64,000 nt of DNA, taken from assembly GCA_050251875.1 (NCBI GenBank), contig JBFWMA010000004.1, positions 64,001 to 128,000 on the forward strand, written 5' to 3'. Source of the DNA: Deferribacterales bacterium. GTDB lineage: Bacteria; Chrysiogenota; Deferribacteres; Deferribacterales; Geovibrionaceae. Each line of letters opens with the position of its first letter. The stretch's first letter is position 1. A program made the position numbers and the translations under genes. Positions 57,857 to 64,000 of this stretch are shown piece by piece. Under the pieces are notes generated by a model that did no database searches, was not told where the DNA came from, and saw only the letters and a program-made list of their open reading frames with translations.

Positions 57857-58300
57857 TTATTTAATTTTAAGATCCCGACCCAGCTCACGCTTAAGATCGC
57901 GCTCTTTTATGGTGTTGCGTTTGTCGTGCGCTTTTTTACCTTTTGCCAGAGCTATTTCCACTTTTACCAGTCTGCCTTTCTGATAGACGGATATGGGCAC
58001 AAGGGTGAGCCCCGCTTCCTTTATCTTTCCTATCAGGCGGTCGATGTCCTTGCGGCGCATCAGCAGCTTTCTGCTTCTGGTGGGGTTGTGGTTGTTTCTG
58101 TTTCCCTGCTCATATTCGGCTATGTGCGAGTTAACCAGCCACACTTCGTTTGCCAGAATCTTAACAAAAGACTCCTTCAGACTTATCTTTCCGGCTTTCA
58201 CAGACTTAACCTCAGTCCCCTGAAGCACGATACCGGTCTCAAAAGTTTCCAGTATCTCATAGTCGAAAAAAGCTTTTTTATTTTTTGCGAAAGTACTCAT
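57857..58300 (-). CDS. smpB: SsrA-binding protein
   Basis: NKKAFFDYEI, GTEVKS, RKLL, AKGKKAHDKR. Confidence 0.97.
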   Translation of the reverse strand: MSTFAKNKKAFFDYEILETFETGIVLQGTEVKSVKAGKISLKESFVKILANEVWLVNSHIAEYEQGNRNNHNPTRSRKLLMRRKDIDRLIGKIKEAGLTLVPISVYQKGRLVKVEIALAKGKKAHDKRNTIKERDLKRELGRDLKIK

Positions 58301-58352
58301 TAATGTTATTAACTCCGGTACCGATCTATTATTAGAAATTGCATTTTTTAGA

Positions 58353-58826
58353 TTGAAAATCAACCTGTTTGATGTAGAATCAAAATTATTTTTATGGAGT
58401 CCTACTTTGGCAGCTTCAAGTGAAGATTTTTATACCAAAATACCTTTCATGGATAATGGCACCAAAAGATTTATAAACGAACTCAACAAGTTATCAGATG
58501 CTATGAAAAACGGTGAGGGACGTCAATATGTCGTCTTCACTCTCGATTTTCTCAATGAATTCACCGAAAAGCATCTGGTGGATGAAGAGAAAGTGATGAT
58601 CAAATACCGCTTCCACGATATAGAGAATCACGCTGTTCAGCACGATGAGTTCCGTCACGATCTTTCAAAAATGGTGGAGGAATACGCCGCCAAAGGCGCC
58701 GACCACAGCTTTCCCCTTCTGGTGCAGAGAACAATGGCAGGCTGGCTCAACAAACATGTGAACAAAGCGGACAAGGTTCTGGGCGACTATATCATGTCTG
58801 TGATAGAGAAATCCAGAAAGGCTTAG
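58353..58826 (+). CDS. Bacteriohemerythrin-like protein
   Basis: HLVDEE, HAVQH, WLNKHVNKAD; first His ligand appears absent. Confidence 0.75.
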   Translation: MKINLFDVESKLFLWSPTLAASSEDFYTKIPFMDNGTKRFINELNKLSDAMKNGEGRQYVVFTLDFLNEFTEKHLVDEEKVMIKYRFHDIENHAVQHDEFRHDLSKMVEEYAAKGADHSFPLLVQRTMAGWLNKHVNKADKVLGDYIMSVIEKSRKA

Positions 58827-59071
58827 CCCTTCGCCGCCGGGCATCCCTGACATTTCGCTCCGTTAGCAGACGGGCATGCGGCTCCTTCTGATTTGCCGTA
58901 TCCCTGAGAATACCATCCGCCGCCTTTCAGATGAAAAGCAGAAGAAGACATTATGCTCTTCGCCTCTCCCTGACATTCCGGACACTCTATGGATTCCTGC
59001 TTCTGGCTGAAGCTCTGGAGTTTTTGCGTTACTTTTCCGCAGTTCTGACATTCATATTCATATATAGGCAT
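58823..59071 (-). CDS. FmdB-family zinc ribbon protein
   Basis: MPIYEYECQNCG...CPECQG...LKGGGWY. Confidence 0.9.
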   Translation of the reverse strand: MPIYEYECQNCGKVTQKLQSFSQKQESIECPECQGEAKSIMSSSAFHLKGGGWYSQGYGKSEGAACPSANGAKCQGCPAAKG

Positions 59072-59130
59072 ATCGATCTACCTCTTATTTTTTTCAAAAA
59101 TATATCGCAATGTTCTGTTTTTGCAAGAAA

Positions 59131-60453
59131 TTATTTGGCGAAAATAACGTAATCCTTATGAAGCCACCCTTCAGAAACGCCGTCCATCGGTTTAAAGCTG
59201 ACTAGCATCCATTCCGCATCCCGCTTTTTCACGGAGACTTTAGCGCCTCTTTTCAGTTTGGCGGAAACGTCATATTGTTTTCCCGGTCCGCTTCTGACAT
59301 TCAGCACGCCGGCGGCGATATATCCGGAGGTTTTTTCAGGCTCCGGCTGAACGTTTGCCTGTTTTGTCGTCTCAGGCTGTTTGCCGACATCTATAATCTC
59401 AACGTTTTTCGGTTTCTCCGCTTTTACCTGTGCTGCGTCTGTTTCCTGCGCAGGCTGGGTTTCGGGCATAGCTGCCTTCTGCTCAGCGGGCTTCTGAACC
59501 GGCTGCTGAGTCTGCGCTTTTGCCTGCGGGACGACCCATTTCGGCATGGAATATCTGTTGTAGGCATACATCGACCCGGCGACAACAGCGGCGCTCACCA
59601 GCAGGGCGGCGGCGATATATTTCAGTCTGGGCATCAGCCCCGGTTTTCTCAGCTTAAGGCTCACTGCGGCATTGTTCAGATGCGCTCCGGACAGTGTTTT
59701 GCTCTGATCCACATAGGCGGACATCAGAGTGCGCTCCATCAGCAGATTCACCAGTCTGGGGTTTCCCCTGCTGATGCTGAACAGCTCAGTGTAAAACTCC
59801 TTGTCAGGGTACTGTCCCTGAAAACCCGCCTTAGACAGACGGAAGGAGACGTATTTTGATATTTCGTATACGTTCATATACTTCAGGTTGAGAAATATGG
59901 TGACACGCTGTTTCAGCTGGCGGAGTTCCTCCGAGTTCAGCTTTTTGTCCAGCTCAGGCTGACCCGCCAGAATGAACTGAATGAGCTTATCGGTCTCCGT
60001 TTCCAGATTGGACAGGATTCTCAGCTCCTCCAGAGTGCGGTTGGGCAGGTTCTGCGCCTCGTCCACCACCAGAATAATCTTTTTTCCCTGCGCCTTCTTT
60101 TCCATGAGAAAATCACGGAATCCTGAGAAAAGGGCGTTTTTGGACTGTCTGGTGTTGATTTTATACCCGAAATCTTCCAGAACCGCTCTGAACATATCCT
60201 CCGGTTCCAGCGATGGAAAGAGGACGTACGCCGTTTCGATATTATCCGGCGCCTCGTTCAGAAACTTTCTGAGGGTGATGGTTTTGCCCGTGCCGGGCTC
60301 TCCTGTCATCACCATAAAGCCTTCGTTGGAATCAGCAAAATATTTCAGCGATTCCAGCGCCTCCATGTGTGACGGAGACGAATAAAAAAAAGCCACGTCA
60401 GGAGTGATCCTGAACGGGTGGTCTTTGAATTCAAAAAACTCAATATAGCTCAT
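59131..60453 (-). CDS. ExeA-like AAA ATPase with TM helix and C-terminal SH3b domain
   Basis: GEPGTGKT, DEAQNL, GQPEL, GNPRLVN; LNVRSGPG. Confidence 0.88.
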   Translation of the reverse strand: MSYIEFFEFKDHPFRITPDVAFFYSSPSHMEALESLKYFADSNEGFMVMTGEPGTGKTITLRKFLNEAPDNIETAYVLFPSLEPEDMFRAVLEDFGYKINTRQSKNALFSGFRDFLMEKKAQGKKIILVVDEAQNLPNRTLEELRILSNLETETDKLIQFILAGQPELDKKLNSEELRQLKQRVTIFLNLKYMNVYEISKYVSFRLSKAGFQGQYPDKEFYTELFSISRGNPRLVNLLMERTLMSAYVDQSKTLSGAHLNNAAVSLKLRKPGLMPRLKYIAAALLVSAAVVAGSMYAYNRYSMPKWVVPQAKAQTQQPVQKPAEQKAAMPETQPAQETDAAQVKAEKPKNVEIIDVGKQPETTKQANVQPEPEKTSGYIAAGVLNVRSGPGKQYDVSAKLKRGAKVSVKKRDAEWMLVSFKPMDGVSEGWLHKDYVIFAK

Positions 60454-60517
60454 GTTTTCCCGGTTTTAAGCAATTTTGTCATAATTACTGTAAAAAAGGT
60501 GAATGCACAAGGGTAAA

Positions 60518-61465
60518 TTAAAAATTAATATTCAGATGGACGTATCCCTTGGTTATGGCATACAGAGACACTGTGGATACTATGATCCAGAGTATCACCG
60601 CCATCATCATCGGACCGCCGCCGATTTTTCTCAGCTCGGAGCGTGTGAGCCCTGATCCCACCAGAAAAAGAGTGGCTACCATCAGCCTCTTTCCTGTGAA
60701 GGCGAGTCCGTGCCATACGGTTTCCAGAGAGGGCAGGTATGAGCTGACAGCAGCCGCCAGCAGAAATCCCAGCAGAAACCACTGAAACTTCGCCTTGCTC
60801 TCGGATTTGTTCAGCTTGGCTCCGGCAAATGATATAGGAAGAATCCACAGCGCCCGTGTCAGCTTCACTGTTGTTCCCACAGCCAGCGCCTGCGCGCCGA
60901 ATATCGCCGCCGCTCCCACAACAGAGCTGGTGTCGTGGATGGCAAGGGCGCTCCATATGCCGAAATCCGTCTGGCTCATGTTCATCAGATGACCCACATG
61001 GGGAAATATGATGAGCCCCAGCCCGTTCAGCAGAAAGACCACCGCCATAGCTATCGCTGTGTGGGCGTGTGAAGCTCCGATGGCGGGAGACATGGCGGCT
61101 ATGGCGCTTCCGCCGCAGATGGCTGTGCCGCTGGACAGCAGGATTCCCAGATCTCTGTCCACTTTAAAAAGTTTCGCCAGAAGCATACCGACTATCAGTG
61201 TGCTGGATATGCTGATGAATGTAAGACCGACAGACGCCACGCCCACCTTCAGCACCACAGAGAGCTGGAGCCCGAAACCGAGCAGTATGACGGAGAGCTG
61301 GAGGAGTTTTTTTGACAGTCCCCCTGTCACTTTCTGAATGGGGTTGCCCCAAATAAGACTGATGCCGGCGCCTATCACAAGAGCAACGGCGGGAGAATGA
61401 TCCACCACGGCGAGGATTACGCTGGCGACGACCCAGAACATTGGTTTTTCAAGGATGTTTTTCAT
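60518..61465 (-). CDS. YeiH-family membrane transporter
   Basis: GTAICGGSAIAA, IHDTSSVVGA, VKLTRALW. Confidence 0.9.
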   Translation of the reverse strand: MKNILEKPMFWVVASVILAVVDHSPAVALVIGAGISLIWGNPIQKVTGGLSKKLLQLSVILLGFGLQLSVVLKVGVASVGLTFISISSTLIVGMLLAKLFKVDRDLGILLSSGTAICGGSAIAAMSPAIGASHAHTAIAMAVVFLLNGLGLIIFPHVGHLMNMSQTDFGIWSALAIHDTSSVVGAAAIFGAQALAVGTTVKLTRALWILPISFAGAKLNKSESKAKFQWFLLGFLLAAAVSSYLPSLETVWHGLAFTGKRLMVATLFLVGSGLTRSELRKIGGGPMMMAVILWIIVSTVSLYAITKGYVHLNINF

Positions 61466-61658
61466 CGATCCACCTTTTCATAAAAAATATTGTCAGGCAA
61501 AAGTGGATATACTTTCGTCAACAAAACTTATTATATATCATTTTTATATAAGCGCAACTTATAAGTGAAGTAAATTTAATGTCAATTATATTAAATCGCC
61601 TTGTAAAGAGATGTGGTAGTATTACAATAGATTTAATCTGATTCTCAGGACGTCATAT

Positions 61659-62429
61659 ATGAATCTAACAATGATAGCGACAACTCTCAGCGACAAGATA
61701 AGAACCAAAGGAATCAATCTGGGCGACAGGACGAGCCATCTGCCTCTGTCATTCCGTCTGGGCGAAAACCAGTGGGTGGTGGTCTTCCGTTTCGGCGTTG
61801 TGGTTACTGTGGGGCTGAACGAGAAGGAGATTCAGGATATCTTTTCCGAGCTGAGCCCGTTCATGGACAACCCGCACAGCGTTCAGAAAAGCGAGGATAT
61901 CGCCATAGATATAGGGGCGAAATCCGACAGCATAGAGAGCGGCAGTGTCAGCCTGGTGGAGCTCACCCGTGAGCATGTGCTTATCATGGCGGATATTTTA
62001 GCCAAGAGTGTTATGCTGGAGCGGTACGAATCGCTGATGCTGGAGATATTTACAGAGACAGAGCCCTTCGCCGAATATCTGATAAAAGGCAAGGGCGGAA
62101 AGGTGCGCCCGAACGAGCTGAAAAGAACCATCGGGGCGACTCTCATGACCCAGCAGATCATGGTGGGCAGGGTAGAGGTGAACGACAAGCCGGAGGTTCT
62201 GTGGGAACATCCGGAGCTGGAAAAATTCTATTCCCGTCTGGAGAACGAATACGAGATCAGAGAGCGCAACGATGCTCTGGAAAAAAAGCTGAGGCTTATC
62301 AACACCACGGCGGAAACCCAGCTGGGGCTTCTGCACAACGCGCACTCACTGCGGGTGGAGTGGTACATCGTCATACTGATCGTGTTCGAGATCTGCCTCA
62401 CGCTTTATGAGATGTTTTTAAAGCATTAA
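61659..62429 (+). CDS. RMD1/DUF155-family protein
   Basis: FRFGVVV, LAKSVML, KPEVLWE, EWYIVILI. Confidence 0.85.
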   Translation: MNLTMIATTLSDKIRTKGINLGDRTSHLPLSFRLGENQWVVVFRFGVVVTVGLNEKEIQDIFSELSPFMDNPHSVQKSEDIAIDIGAKSDSIESGSVSLVELTREHVLIMADILAKSVMLERYESLMLEIFTETEPFAEYLIKGKGGKVRPNELKRTIGATLMTQQIMVGRVEVNDKPEVLWEHPELEKFYSRLENEYEIRERNDALEKKLRLINTTAETQLGLLHNAHSLRVEWYIVILIVFEICLTLYEMFLKH

Positions 62430-63949
62430 TGCCTGTTGTCCTTCAGCAGCATCACGCTGGGGACGCTTATTATAAACAGTATCGCCACCAGCAGAAAGAC
62501 ATGGTTGAACGCCATCATGGCGCTCTGTTTGGTTATTATGCCGTTTATCATCCGCATGCTCATGTCCTGCGACATCTGCTGGTCGTATCCGGACGACAGA
62601 AATTTTGACACAAATCCGTTATACATATTCATGGTATGATCGCTGACCGCGGTTATCTTCTCTGTCAGAAAGCTGTGGTACACAGACTCATATCGGGTGA
62701 GCAGTGTTGCGGACAGAGCTATCCCCACCGAACCGAAAACCTGACGCACGACATTATAAAGCCCCGTGGCGTCCGTCATATTCGATTTTTCCATGGTGGA
62801 GAGCGCCACAGTGGAGAGCGCCACGAATATCATCCCGAATCCCACCCCCTGTACCACCTGCGGGACAAAAATATCCCAGTATCCCATGTCCAGAGACAGA
62901 GTAGAGAGCTGCCAGAAGCTGAATCCGTTTATGGCGAGCCCGGAGGCTATCAGCGGTCTGGGTCCCAGCCGGGTATACAGCTTGCCCACCAGGGGCATGC
63001 AGACTGCCATGGCGAGGCTTCGGGGCATCATAGCCAGACCGGAGTCAAAGGCAGGATATCCCAGAAGCTGCTGAAGCAGAAGCGGCAGAAGAAACAGCGA
63101 AGCGAACAGACTGATGCCAAGTACTCCGCCCAGAAGAGTTCCGGTGGTGAAGGTTCTGTCTTTCAGCAGGCGCAGATTGACCGCCGGCTTGTCCGTGTTC
63201 AGCTCTCTGATGGTGAACAGGATAAGCCCGATCACAGCCGCCACCGCCAGAATCATAATATACTGAGACTCGAACCAGTCCTTTCTCTCTCCCTCTTCCA
63301 GCATCAGCTGGAGAGCGCCGAGACCGACTATCATGAAGGCGAGTCCGGGGATGTCCCATTTCTCCTTTTTGCGCTCCATATACGGAGGATCGAAAACGTA
63401 TGTATAGGTGAGGAACATGCTGAGCAGTCCCACGGGAACGTTGATGTAAAAAATCCACGGCCATGAATAGTGGTCGGTGAGCCATCCGCCCAGTGTGGGA
63501 CCGATGGCGGGACCCATGACGACTCCCAGCCCGAATATGCCCATAGCCAGACCCTGCTGGTGGGGCGGATAGTTCTCTCTCATGATAGCCTGAGATATGG
63601 GGACGAGAGCGCCTCCGGCTATACCCTGAAGTATCCTGAAGAAGATCATTGACCTCAGATCCCACGAAAGCCCGCACAGCACAGAGGTGACGGTGAACAT
63701 CGCCACGCTGAACATATAAAAATTGCGGCGCCCGAAACGGGAGCTGATAAGCCCGATGATGGGCATTATGATAACGTTTGCCAGAATGTATGATGTGGAC
63801 ACCCAGGCGATCTCCTCAACGGAAGCGCCCAGATTTCCCTTCATGTAGGGCAGGGCAACGTTGACGATGCTGGTGTCCAACGCGCTCATGATCGCTCCGG
63901 ACATTACCGTCAGGGTTATCATGAACAGGTGTTTCTGCGGCTGGCTCAT
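62426..63949 (-). CDS. emrB: DHA2 (EmrB/QacA) MFS efflux permease
   Basis: LDTSIVNVALP, GPAIGPTLGG, WIFYINVPVG. Confidence 0.9.
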   Translation of the reverse strand: MSQPQKHLFMITLTVMSGAIMSALDTSIVNVALPYMKGNLGASVEEIAWVSTSYILANVIIMPIIGLISSRFGRRNFYMFSVAMFTVTSVLCGLSWDLRSMIFFRILQGIAGGALVPISQAIMRENYPPHQQGLAMGIFGLGVVMGPAIGPTLGGWLTDHYSWPWIFYINVPVGLLSMFLTYTYVFDPPYMERKKEKWDIPGLAFMIVGLGALQLMLEEGERKDWFESQYIMILAVAAVIGLILFTIRELNTDKPAVNLRLLKDRTFTTGTLLGGVLGISLFASLFLLPLLLQQLLGYPAFDSGLAMMPRSLAMAVCMPLVGKLYTRLGPRPLIASGLAINGFSFWQLSTLSLDMGYWDIFVPQVVQGVGFGMIFVALSTVALSTMEKSNMTDATGLYNVVRQVFGSVGIALSATLLTRYESVYHSFLTEKITAVSDHTMNMYNGFVSKFLSSGYDQQMSQDMSMRMINGIITKQSAMMAFNHVFLLVAILFIISVPSVMLLKDNRH

Positions 63950-63950
63950 C

Positions 63951-64000
63951 TTAGTTTGTCTTTACGCTGGCGATGACGGACAGACCGGGTATCAGTGATA
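63951..64000 (-). CDS. C-terminus of an EmrA/HlyD-type adaptor (partial)
   Basis: ...SLIPGLSVIASVKTN* immediately upstream of emrB. Confidence 0.6.
   Translation of the reverse strand, partial: SLIPGLSVIASVKTN

Noticed and set aside
1..64000. CRISPR array, reverse transcriptase/retron or IS element
   Set aside because: No repeat-spacer array, cas gene, RT motif or transposase seen; the short repeats are explained as arm sites or operators.

Overview
Bacterial chromosome window; gene content and style suggest a Deferribacterota-like anaerobe (inference, not verified). Positions 1-26.7 kb are mostly host signalling and metabolic genes (histidine kinases, CheY/CheC, GGDEF/EAL, HD-GYP, galE, ade, yceI, an AgrAC-like pair). 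Positions 56.1-64 kb hold tmRNA (ssrA, minus strand, tag ANDEYALAAA), a nucleotide-sugar dehydrogenase, smpB and housekeeping/transport genes. Between them are two tandem integrative elements in the 3' end of ssrA, bounded by three copies of that 3' end (26787, 40591, 56098), each with a related tyrosine integrase and its own arm-type repeats. Island A (~13.8 kb) looks like a phage satellite: sigma-region-2-like protein, RHH regulator, two scaffold-like proteins, Rep_trans-like initiator, excisionase, GNAT pair and Type III-like R-M. Island B (~15.5 kb) has a minimal PolA/T7-RNAP-like protein, an XRE regulator and a Type I R-M locus interleaved with candidate defence genes. By manual reading, the ~29 kb island block has no GATC and almost no GATA/TATC, while the host flanks are rich in both. 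The two islands also share non-coding motifs. All family calls come from motif recognition, not database searches.
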